Shown: piece after piece, positions 17,706 through 26,213 of the stretch
Layout of the letters: the number at the start of each line of letters is the position of its first letter
How positions within the stretch are numbered: position 1 is the first letter of the stretch
Virus record (IMG/VR): IMGVR_UViG_2778261035_000005
Strand: one strand, 5' to 3'
Source: a virus
Lineage: Duplodnaviria; Heunggongvirae; Uroviricota; Caudoviricetes
DNA length: 64,000 nt
Notes under the pieces: generated by a model
Seen by the model: only the letters and a program-made list of their open reading frames with translations
What the model was told of the DNA's origin: nothing
Database searches by the model: none
Translations under genes and position numbers: made by a program

Positions 17706-19280
17706 ATGGAATTGAACGACAAACAAATTAAGGATCTGGTGGCGCGACGCCACCCGGAATACGAAAAGAAAAAAGAACATTGGGACTTCCTCGCCAGCAC
17801 TTACGCTGGCGGGCGTGGTTGGTTTACAGACAATATCTTTCGTTACTTTAAAGAGGGAGATCAGGAGTTTAAGGAGCGAGTTGAACGTGCTTATCGCTTC
17901 AACCATACTCGTGAGGTGGTAAACCTCATCAACAAATATCTCTTTAAAGAAGACATTCATAGAAATATCGAAGAGGCACCAGAGCAGATCCGCATTTTCT
18001 GGAAACGTGCGACTCGCCAGAATGCCTCTATTGACTCATTTATGGCCGCTATTGATTTGCAGTCGTCTATTTACGGTCGCATATGGGTTGTTGTCGATAG
18101 CACGATGAGTGGTGATGTTGAGTCAGTAGCTGACGAGAAAAAGAAAGATGCTCGCGCCTACGCCTACTGGATTTCACCTCAGCAAATGCTGGATGTGGCA
18201 TGGGACGACGACGGGAATATGTTGTGGGCGTTAATTGTGGAAGTCGCTCGTGATGACGCAGATCCTTTTACTTCTACAGGTCAGGAATACCAACGTTATC
18301 GTCTGTGGACACAAAACGAGTGGTATCTGTTCCGTGAGGAAGTGAAGAAGGGCGCTGGTGGAGCAGGTCGCCGTCAGGCAAAAGTTATTTTAGAGGATAG
18401 CGGTGAGCATAATCTCGGCGTAGTTCCTGTGTTTCCTGTTGATTGTATTGGAGAAAGTGAATCACCGTATTTCAGCCCATCGTTGATCGATGATATCGCT
18501 TATCTTGATCGTGCGGTTGCAAACTATCTGTCAAACCTTGATGCCATTATTCAGGATCAGACATTTAGCCAGTTGGCTATACCGGTACAGTCGCTTTTAC
18601 CTGGTGATGAAAACCACACTAAAGTGCTTGAAATGGGCACAAAGCGAGTCTTCACCTACGATTCTGAAGGTGGAAACCAGCCGTTTTATCTGTCACCAGA
18701 CCCGAAACAAGCTCAGATGATCATCACTACGATTAAGACGGTGATTAACGAAATCTACCATTCAGTTGGTGTAGCTGGTGAGCGAACGAAGCAGGACAAC
18801 GCACAGGGAATCGATAATTCATCTGGTGCCGCAAAAATGTATGACTTCCAGCGTGTAAATAGCTTGCTTGTCACAAAAGCAGAGCGTCTGGAAAGGGCTG
18901 AACGCCAAATCATGCTACTGGTTGCGAAATGGATGGGGGTAGATCTGGACGAAGACCACTCTTTAATTGCGTATCCAGAAAGTTTCGATATTCGTGGCCT
19001 TACTGATGAATTTTCTGTTGCCGAGAAACTGTCATTACTTCAGGCACCGGACTCTGTACGTCGTCACCAGATGGAAATGCTTATTGAGAAGATTTTCCCG
19101 AACATTACTGAGGCGATGAAAAAGGAATTTGATAAAGATCTCTTGAATTTTCCTCCAAAAAATGATCTAAATACCCTTGAAAATAAGTCAGTACTTACTT
19201 ATGATCGTGGTACAGCCCAAGAAAGCGGGCAAGATCAACCCCGAGGGAATGGGGACTCATCTACTCAAGAGAACGAGTGA
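17706..19280 (+). CDS. portal protein
   Basis: 524-aa ORF directly after TerL; size and order. Confidence 0.7.
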   Translation: MELNDKQIKDLVARRHPEYEKKKEHWDFLASTYAGGRGWFTDNIFRYFKEGDQEFKERVERAYRFNHTREVVNLINKYLFKEDIHRNIEEAPEQIRIFWKRATRQNASIDSFMAAIDLQSSIYGRIWVVVDSTMSGDVESVADEKKKDARAYAYWISPQQMLDVAWDDDGNMLWALIVEVARDDADPFTSTGQEYQRYRLWTQNEWYLFREEVKKGAGGAGRRQAKVILEDSGEHNLGVVPVFPVDCIGESESPYFSPSLIDDIAYLDRAVANYLSNLDAIIQDQTFSQLAIPVQSLLPGDENHTKVLEMGTKRVFTYDSEGGNQPFYLSPDPKQAQMIITTIKTVINEIYHSVGVAGERTKQDNAQGIDNSSGAAKMYDFQRVNSLLVTKAERLERAERQIMLLVAKWMGVDLDEDHSLIAYPESFDIRGLTDEFSVAEKLSLLQAPDSVRRHQMEMLIEKIFPNITEAMKKEFDKDLLNFPPKNDLNTLENKSVLTYDRGTAQESGQDQPRGNGDSSTQENE

Positions 19281-19301
19281 TAAGTAACAAAAGGAATTTT
19301 T

Positions 19302-20189
19302 ATGAATCTGTGGCAAATGCTTTTGGCCCGTCGTGGTCTGATGGATGTCGCTGAAGCGCATGAGCGTGGAGGCGCTGGCGGTGTAGCTGCTGATAATGAG
19401 CAGAGTACACAAGATCCTGACAAACAGGGTGAACAAAAAGAGCAGCCGAAGGGCGATGACGAATACGCTGGCATGACTCAGGAAGAGTTACTGGCCGAAC
19501 TTCGTAAAACCAAGAAAGCTGGTGCTGAACTGCTGAAGGAGAACATGAAGCGCAAAGAGAAAGAGCGCACATTGGCCGATCAGCTTGCTCAGTACGGTGA
19601 TATCGATCCGGCTCGTGCTCGCCAGCTTTTAGAAGCTGAACAGGCCGCAGAAAACGCACGTCGTGAGGCGGAGCAAGCTGAACTGGAGCGTCGTGGTGAG
19701 TTCGATGCTGTTAAAAAACAGATGATCGAAGCACACCAGGCAGAGCTGGCACAGCGTGACGAACGTTATGCAGCACTGGAAAGTGAAAACGCATCACTGA
19801 AATCTCAATTAGTCGAGATGACCGTGGGCGCTTCCTTCAGTAACTCTCTCTTCCTACGTGACAAAGTTCTGATGACCCCGGCAAAAGCCCGCGTGATCTA
19901 CGGTTCTCATTTTGAAGTGGGTGAAGACGGTAGCGTAGTGGGTTATGACAAACCGGCAGGTCACAAAGAACGAGCTGTTCTGGTTGACGGTGAAGGTAAG
20001 CCGTTGCCGTTTGAATCCGCGATTGAACGCATTGTGCGGGCAGATCCGGAAGCTGACGCATTGATGCGTAGCGAAGCCAAGCAGGGTGTAGGCTCACATT
20101 CCAAATCGACCTACACAATATCCCAACCGAAGAACAAGTCGACTATGGATAAGTTGGCCTCCGGTCTGGGGAAAATTGGACTTAAGTAA
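19302..20189 (+). CDS. scaffolding protein
   Basis: Charged, coiled-coil-rich 295-aa protein between portal and capsid. Confidence 0.55.
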   Translation: MNLWQMLLARRGLMDVAEAHERGGAGGVAADNEQSTQDPDKQGEQKEQPKGDDEYAGMTQEELLAELRKTKKAGAELLKENMKRKEKERTLADQLAQYGDIDPARARQLLEAEQAAENARREAEQAELERRGEFDAVKKQMIEAHQAELAQRDERYAALESENASLKSQLVEMTVGASFSNSLFLRDKVLMTPAKARVIYGSHFEVGEDGSVVGYDKPAGHKERAVLVDGEGKPLPFESAIERIVRADPEADALMRSEAKQGVGSHSKSTYTISQPKNKSTMDKLASGLGKIGLK

Positions 20190-20214
20190 CATCTAAATCA
20201 AAGGGAATTGATAG

Positions 20215-21090
20215 ATGCCATTACTGCGTGAAGAAGCTGAAAAGCTGTCTAACAACGAACTTGAACAGGGTGTGATCGAAACTATCATCGATCGCGATGA
20301 CCTGTTTGCCATCCTGCCTTTTATGAAAATTAATTCAAAGGCATATCTGTACAACCGTGAAAAAACGCTGAGTGAAGCTACCTTCATCGACGTTAACGAC
20401 ACCATCCCTGAAGGTGCAGCAACCTTCGAAGAATGCGTTGCGAAACTGCGTATTCTGGCTGGTGACGTAGACGTTGATAAATTCCTGGCGACCACTATGG
20501 CCGACACCAACAACCAGTTGGCTATTCAGGTTCGTCAGAAAGTTAAAGGTCTGGCTCGTGCGTTCCGTCGCAACCTGATTTTGGGTGACTCCAGCTCCAA
20601 CAACAAGGCGTTTGACGGCATTCCACGCCTGATGCACGCAGATCAGAAGATCGATATCGCCGGTGCATCTATGACTTTCTCTATGTTCGACGAACTGGTC
20701 GATGCGGTGAAAGATCTTGGTGCTGACTGCATCATGATGCGTTCAGAGCACCTGCGTGCTTACCGTGCGCTGCTGCGTACAGTAAACGTAGGTCCGTCTG
20801 AAATCATGATGGAGAACTTCGGTCGTCCGATGCTGTGTCATAACGGCGTTCCGTTCATCATCAACGACTTCATCCCGACCGATGCTGGCAAAGCAAGCAT
20901 CTACTGCCTGCATCTGTCAGAAGAGAACGGCGTTACTGGTCTGTATGGCGGCGACAACGCAGGTATCGTTGTTGAAAACATTGGTACTGTACAGAACAAA
21001 GACGCAGTACGTACCCGTGTGAAGTGGTACTGCTCTCTGGCGAATAAGCACGATAAGGCTATCGCTGCACTGACCAATGTAAAAATTTAA
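20215..21090 (+). CDS. major capsid protein
   Basis: 291-aa ORF, strong RBS, followed by strong terminator; position after scaffold. Confidence 0.75.
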   Translation: MPLLREEAEKLSNNELEQGVIETIIDRDDLFAILPFMKINSKAYLYNREKTLSEATFIDVNDTIPEGAATFEECVAKLRILAGDVDVDKFLATTMADTNNQLAIQVRQKVKGLARAFRRNLILGDSSSNNKAFDGIPRLMHADQKIDIAGASMTFSMFDELVDAVKDLGADCIMMRSEHLRAYRALLRTVNVGPSEIMMENFGRPMLCHNGVPFIINDFIPTDAGKASIYCLHLSEENGVTGLYGGDNAGIVVENIGTVQNKDAVRTRVKWYCSLANKHDKAIAALTNVKI

Positions 21091-21122
21091 TCAGTGTGGT
21101 AGATAGGTAGTTATCTATGTTA

Positions 21123-21150
21123 AAGGGTGGGCTATACGCCCACCCTTTTT
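21123..21150 (+). terminator. rho-independent terminator after capsid gene
   Basis: aaagggtgggc-tata-cgcccaccctttttg. Confidence 0.75.
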
Positions 21151-21163
21151 GTAGGAGCGAGAA

Positions 21164-22084
21164 ATGCCAGAACAAAAGATGAAGATTACGGAAGAGGCAT
21201 TTTCGGATTTTACGGGGCATATGTGCCGTGCCGGATTTACCAATTCTATCTCCGATGAACCTTTAACCGAGCGGCAACAAAGTCAGCTATCTGCTTGTTT
21301 GCAGGCGGTTCCCCTCTCCCAATCCGTAAACATAACCCCGGCTTCACCGTCAGTTTTGGTTGGGAAAACTGTTCAACTTAGTGCAGGTATTAGTATGGGT
21401 AAGAGTGCCAGTTCATTCACCTGGAAGTCAGCAAATGACCAAATTGCAACCGTTAACGGCACTGGATTAGTAACTGGCGTAGCACCAGGCAAAGTAAAAA
21501 TTACTGCAACTGATCAGGAAACCCAGCTTTCCGCTTCAGTGGAAGTCACCGTAAATCCGGTAGCCGTTCAATCCGTAACGGTAACGCCAGAATCAACGTC
21601 TGTTGAGAAAGGGAAATCAGTCAGTCTGAAAGCGAATGTTCAGCCGTCAAATGCGACGAATAAGGCTGTTACCTGGTCTTCCAAAAATGAAGATAAGGCA
21701 ACGGTAGACCAGAGCGGGAACGTTACTGGTGTAGAAGTTGGCACTGCGACGATTGAGATCGTTTCCCAAGATGGCAGCAAAAAGGGAACTGCAACGGTGG
21801 AAGTAACTGCGCCTGTTGTGGCTGTTACCGGCGTCGAAATCGACCCAAATAGCACAACCGTTGAGGCAAACAAAACTGTTCAGCTGACCGCAAATGTCGA
21901 GCCGGCAGGAGCAACAAATAAAACCGTTACTTGGGAATCCAAAAATACCGAGTTTGCAACGGTGGATAGCGAAACCGGTGTTGTAACTGGCGTTGCGGCT
22001 GGTACTGCCACAATCGAGGTTACTACCCAAGATGGTAGCCACAAAGCGACAGCGACCGTAGAAGTCACTGCTGCACAGGAATAA
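21164..22084 (+). CDS. Ig-like (BIG2) repeat protein, probable capsid decoration
   Basis: Three tandem repeats of the pattern TVxLxAxVxPxxATNKxVTWxSxNxxxATVDxxGxVTGV. Confidence 0.7.
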   Translation: MPEQKMKITEEAFSDFTGHMCRAGFTNSISDEPLTERQQSQLSACLQAVPLSQSVNITPASPSVLVGKTVQLSAGISMGKSASSFTWKSANDQIATVNGTGLVTGVAPGKVKITATDQETQLSASVEVTVNPVAVQSVTVTPESTSVEKGKSVSLKANVQPSNATNKAVTWSSKNEDKATVDQSGNVTGVEVGTATIEIVSQDGSKKGTATVEVTAPVVAVTGVEIDPNSTTVEANKTVQLTANVEPAGATNKTVTWESKNTEFATVDSETGVVTGVAAGTATIEVTTQDGSHKATATVEVTAAQE

Positions 22085-22128
22085 TCAATATTGGGCGGCG
22101 AAAGCCGCCCATGTAGAGAGAATGCGTT

Positions 22129-22563
22129 ATGAAACCAGCAAAAATTGTTTTATTAGAACCGCAATTTTCCGGTTATTCGGGAATGTTGTGCGGCGTTCAG
22201 TTCGAGAACGGGGTGTCCGTAGCGGAGTTGCCTTTTATCGATCAGCAAAGGATTTGTGCCTCAATGCGAGCATCAACAGTCGAGGGCAAAAATGTTTCTC
22301 CGTCTGCCGCATACAGTGATCGTGGCGAGTTGACCGCAGACCTGATTACCGAGCCAGCAGCACCTGACATTGTGCCAATGAAACGTGGGACACCAGATGA
22401 ACCGGCCAAACAGATCCAGACTTTCACACGAGAAGAGTTGGAGTCAATTGCAGACAATGAAGGCATTGCCGGTCTACGTGTGATTGGTAATCAGGTTGGT
22501 GTCAAAGCGAAAGGAATTGTCGAGATGATTGAAGGCATCCTGAAAGCACAAGGCGGTGAGTAA
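22129..22563 (+). CDS. head/connector-module protein
   Basis: ORF in structural operon. Confidence 0.45.
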   Translation: MKPAKIVLLEPQFSGYSGMLCGVQFENGVSVAELPFIDQQRICASMRASTVEGKNVSPSAAYSDRGELTADLITEPAAPDIVPMKRGTPDEPAKQIQTFTREELESIADNEGIAGLRVIGNQVGVKAKGIVEMIEGILKAQGGE

Positions 22564-23396
22564 TGGCGCAGATCGACTCGTATCGTAGCGGTGAAGCTGT
22601 TTCCCTTTCATTTGCCTTCAACGTGCTGGATATCGAATCTGCTACCTACACAGTAAAGGACAGCACCGGGGCTATTCTCGTTGATGGCGAGCCGCTAGAA
22701 ATTACCAGCGGTCAAATGTCGATTCCGGTTGTCGTGTCGGCTGAATATAACCAGCTCTCTGAGAAAGAACGCGATCTGCGGTACGTCATTGTGAAGGCTG
22801 TTGCATCGGGTCTGACGCATGAAGAGCGGCAAATGTATGTTCTGCTGAATAGTTTTGAACTGTCGATACCAGAACAGTCGTTTGCAACTGTCGCTGATGC
22901 TCAAATGCAGGCGATCGATATGCTGAATGGGGACACTTTGCTGTCGGATGGTGAAGGCTTAATGCGCAAGCGTCTCATTGAGGCTACCAGACGAATTAAA
23001 ACTTTACCGTTCTCAATCCGCAAAATTCTACGTATCGACTTTGACCGATACGATCGCCCTCAAAATATGCTGAATGTGTATGACATTCCGTGGGGAGCAG
23101 ATGGAGCGTACCGGCATGATTTAGTCGATTGGGAAAAGATGACGCAGGAGAAGTTTGAAGAGTTCCCTGACTACTTCAAAGAAGCGTTGATGCTTGCCGT
23201 TGTCAACGAAGCGTGTGAGATCGCAAATGGCAATGATGTTGCCGCAGCACGAGAGGATGGCATTTTGTCAGAGTCAATCGGTGAAACAACCAACATGTAC
23301 CGTACCGGTAAAGCTGCAAACGTGCATGTGGCTCGCAGTACCTGGCGCTTGCTGGTCAGTTACATCAACAACCGTATGATTGTTCGCCGTGCGTAA
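22563..23396 (+). CDS. head/connector-module protein
   Basis: ORF, start overlaps previous stop. Confidence 0.45.
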   Translation: MAQIDSYRSGEAVSLSFAFNVLDIESATYTVKDSTGAILVDGEPLEITSGQMSIPVVVSAEYNQLSEKERDLRYVIVKAVASGLTHEERQMYVLLNSFELSIPEQSFATVADAQMQAIDMLNGDTLLSDGEGLMRKRLIEATRRIKTLPFSIRKILRIDFDRYDRPQNMLNVYDIPWGADGAYRHDLVDWEKMTQEKFEEFPDYFKEALMLAVVNEACEIANGNDVAAAREDGILSESIGETTNMYRTGKAANVHVARSTWRLLVSYINNRMIVRRA

Positions 23397-23475
23397 CGCC
23401 AGTCGCATTATTTACTTTTGGTCGAAAGGGTTTTTGGCCAGTAATGAGAGCGACCGACAACAACAGAGAGAGAGC

Positions 23476-23820
23476 ATGAATATTTCGTGGCAAACAGAAA
23501 TTGCGATCTACCGCTTTGGCGCAAAGAACGTTTACGGCGAGGCGCAATTACAATTCGTCAGGAAGACGAATGTCGGCGTGGTTAAGTTCGAACAGAGTAA
23601 TGAGAAATCGTCAGTTCGTGCTGATAGCTCTGGTAGTCGTGGTAAGGCGAGTCTGGAGCTGTTTGATGCTGTGTTAGTTGTCCCTTTAGAAGCGGCTGTA
23701 CAACTTGATGATGTGCTGATCCTTGAAGGTCAAAAATTAAAGGTGTCCAGTGTTCATCGCCGCTGGGGGCTACGAGGAAGACCTGGGCATCTTGAAGTAG
23801 GGGCGAATATATGGGTCTGA
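23476..23820 (+). CDS. head-tail joining protein candidate
   Basis: ORF; internal ATG chosen to avoid overlap with previous gene. Confidence 0.4.
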   Translation: MNISWQTEIAIYRFGAKNVYGEAQLQFVRKTNVGVVKFEQSNEKSSVRADSSGSRGKASLELFDAVLVVPLEAAVQLDDVLILEGQKLKVSSVHRRWGLRGRPGHLEVGANIWV

Positions 23821-24284
23821 AATACGATGCGCATCAGTTCAAACGTGCGGGGAATCGACTCAACAACAGCCAGAAAGCATTTAAGCGATATCTTATCCGG
23901 GACATGGAAAAGCTGGCGCGTTTGGTTGAGCGTCTCAGCCGTGCAATGGCCCCGCTGGAAACCGGATCTCTGGAGACAGCCATCTTTGCCAGGGTGATTA
24001 AAGAAGGTTATTCAGGGCTGCGTATTAAGCTTTCTGTGTCTGGAGCAAAACCACGTCAGGGGCATCCGGGCGTAGAAGTAGGTGACTATGCTAAGTACAT
24101 GGAGCTGGGTAAATACCGACTCGGTTATCTTTCTCGAATGAAGAACGTGACAAACCCACCAATTGCCGGTGTTAAACCCCGTGTTGGGCCACACTTTCTG
24201 GAAAGAGCGGTGGAAATTAGCGAGAAGCAGTTCTCAGAAGCGATTCTTGAGGCTGCCAGAAAAGCCGGATTTACGAGAGGTTAA
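23811..24284 (+). CDS. head-tail joining protein candidate
   Basis: ORF in structural operon. Confidence 0.45.
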   Translation: MGLKYDAHQFKRAGNRLNNSQKAFKRYLIRDMEKLARLVERLSRAMAPLETGSLETAIFARVIKEGYSGLRIKLSVSGAKPRQGHPGVEVGDYAKYMELGKYRLGYLSRMKNVTNPPIAGVKPRVGPHFLERAVEISEKQFSEAILEAARKAGFTRG

Positions 24285-24285
24285 T

Positions 24286-24669
24286 GTGTTTATTGAAGCG
24301 TTTGCAAGTTTGATGCAGAAGGCAAAGATTGGCACGGTCGGGACTGACATTTTCTGTCACTACTTGCCTGCCAATGTGAAATCTGGCGTCCTGCTTATTA
24401 ACCCAAATACCGGCATCAGCATCGATCATGAGCTACAGGGCTTTTATCACGAATCATTCACAATCATTGTGCGTGGTTCGTCAATTACTACGACGGTTGA
24501 GAAAGCCAATAAAATCATTGAGATGTTTCCAGTAGAGGAAACGGAATCTGGTGGTGTTTATTTTCGACTTGTACGACCGATGGCGATGCCAATCATTTAT
24601 CCCAAAAATGATGGGGCATTAATAGAAGCAGGCATTCCTGTTGAATTTGCTGGCTATTTATTGAATTAA
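24286..24669 (+). CDS. tail completion protein candidate
   Basis: GTG 24286 directly after previous stop; track ORF 24163 otherwise overlaps 120 nt. Confidence 0.4.
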   Translation: MFIEAFASLMQKAKIGTVGTDIFCHYLPANVKSGVLLINPNTGISIDHELQGFYHESFTIIVRGSSITTTVEKANKIIEMFPVEETESGGVYFRLVRPMAMPIIYPKNDGALIEAGIPVEFAGYLLN

Positions 24670-24677
24670 CTCAATTG

Positions 24678-24693
24678 GTAAGTATATACTTAC
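24678..24693. promoter_or_regulatory. perfect palindrome GTAAGTATATACTTAC
   Basis: Member of TAAGTA motif family, upstream of major tail gene. Confidence 0.45.
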
Positions 24694-24743
24694 TATTAGC
24701 GCAATGAATGCGTAGAATTAACGGAAAAAGGAGTTTTCCATCA

Positions 24744-25490
24744 ATGTCTAATACCCATGTAAAAAACATCAAACTTGGTGCCTGTAAGGTGTCGTTTGGT
24801 GGTGTGGATTTGGGTTACACCAAAGGTGGTGTTCAGGTTGAAGTAGCCACTGAAACGCTGAAAGTCACCGTCGATCAGTTGGGGCAGACCGTAATTTCCG
24901 AATTAGTTCAGGGGCGCAACATTACCATCACCGCGCCTCTGGCTGAGTCTGTACTCCAAAACATGGTTGACCTGATGCCTGGTTCTACTCTGAGCGAAGA
25001 TGACAACTCTGTCACGATCACATCTGCACAGGGCGTTAACCTGATTGATGTGGCGAAGGAGCTGGTTCTGACTCCGCAGGACACCACCGACTATGTGTTG
25101 ACCATCCCGAAAGCGGCAACCGCGGGCAACTTCACTATGACCTACCAGTCTGATGATGTTCGTGTGTTCTCTGTTCAGTTCAGCGCATACCCGGATGATG
25201 AAGGCGTTCTGGGCAAAATGAGCGGTCCTAAACCGGTAAAAACTGTGTCGATCTCACCGGAATCTCCAACCGTAAAAGCTGGAGAAACTGTGCAACTGAC
25301 AGCCGAAATCACTCCAGCTGATGCCGCAGACAAAACCGGTGTTTGGGAATCCGAAGACCAGGAAAAGGCCACGGTAGATCAAACGGGTCTTGTGCGCGGT
25401 GTGGCGCAGGGTACTGCAAACATCTCCTTCACCAGCAATAGCGGTTCTAAGAAGGCTACTAAGTCAGTAACGATTAACTCCGCAGATTAA
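24744..25490 (+). CDS. major tail protein with C-terminal Ig-like (BIG2) domain
   Basis: aaggag RBS before ATG 24744; C-terminus has the same BIG2 pattern as 21164 gene; position before G/GT and tape measure. Confidence 0.7.
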   Translation: MSNTHVKNIKLGACKVSFGGVDLGYTKGGVQVEVATETLKVTVDQLGQTVISELVQGRNITITAPLAESVLQNMVDLMPGSTLSEDDNSVTITSAQGVNLIDVAKELVLTPQDTTDYVLTIPKAATAGNFTMTYQSDDVRVFSVQFSAYPDDEGVLGKMSGPKPVKTVSISPESPTVKAGETVQLTAEITPADAADKTGVWESEDQEKATVDQTGLVRGVAQGTANISFTSNSGSKKATKSVTINSAD

Positions 25491-25545
25491 TCAGTAATTA
25501 AGCAGAGGCTCAGGATGAGCCTCTCTTTTAAAAGGATTTTAACCA

Positions 25546-25863
25546 ATGACCAAATTACTCGATCTCGATTCCATTCTGCCTCCGAAGAAAAGCATCAAAT
25601 TTGGCGGTCAGGAATATCCCATCGTTGAAATGACGGTAGGTCTGTTCGTTTCCATCAAGCAGATGGAAGGCAAAGATCTCATGAACATGTCTCCTGTTGA
25701 GCAAGTGACAGCTTATGCAGATCTGGTTCGTAAGGTTATCCCTTCAGTACCTGACGAAGTTCTTGAAAAACTGACTGTTCCGCAACTCCAGCAGATCTTC
25801 ACCTTCGCTATGGAAGTGATTGATGAAGAAAACGAAAAAGCGGCTGGCGAAGGGGCAAAGTAA
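25546..25863 (+). CDS. tail assembly chaperone (lambda G-like)
   Basis: Small ORF between major tail and tape measure genes. Confidence 0.6.
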   Translation: MTKLLDLDSILPPKKSIKFGGQEYPIVEMTVGLFVSIKQMEGKDLMNMSPVEQVTAYADLVRKVIPSVPDEVLEKLTVPQLQQIFTFAMEVIDEENEKAAGEGAK

Positions 25864-26213
25864 TTTCCCGCGATGAATCCGGGACAAGGACCGTCTCAAT
25901 AGATCTCGGATTCTATTTCAGTCGTGTAGTTGCTCACTACGCCGTGTCGCCATTAGAGCTACTGAACGTTCCTCTCACGATGTTCTGGATGCTCAGTCGC
26001 AATATAGACCGTCTGCGTGCGGAAGAGGATGTCCGCAACTTACAAGTCGCTCGTGCGTCCCAGGCGGATGGCGAGGCTGTGAAGGCGTTCATGGAGGGTT
26101 TGCAACTCAGGATTGGAAGACCAGTCGTAACAGATAAAGTCTACGATCCAAGCCAGGATAAGGCAGACCCTGACGCCAAAGAGCAACTGATGCAAATATT
26201 TGGCAGAGGATGA
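25857..26213 (+). CDS. frameshift extension of tail chaperone (lambda GT-like), reached by -1 slip
   Basis: The -1 frame is open across the G stop (CAAAGTAA) and continues to 26213, overlapping tape-measure start. Confidence 0.45.
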   Translation, partial: KVISRDESGTRTVSIDLGFYFSRVVAHYAVSPLELLNVPLTMFWMLSRNIDRLRAEEDVRNLQVARASQADGEAVKAFMEGLQLRIGRPVVTDKVYDPSQDKADPDAKEQLMQIFGRG

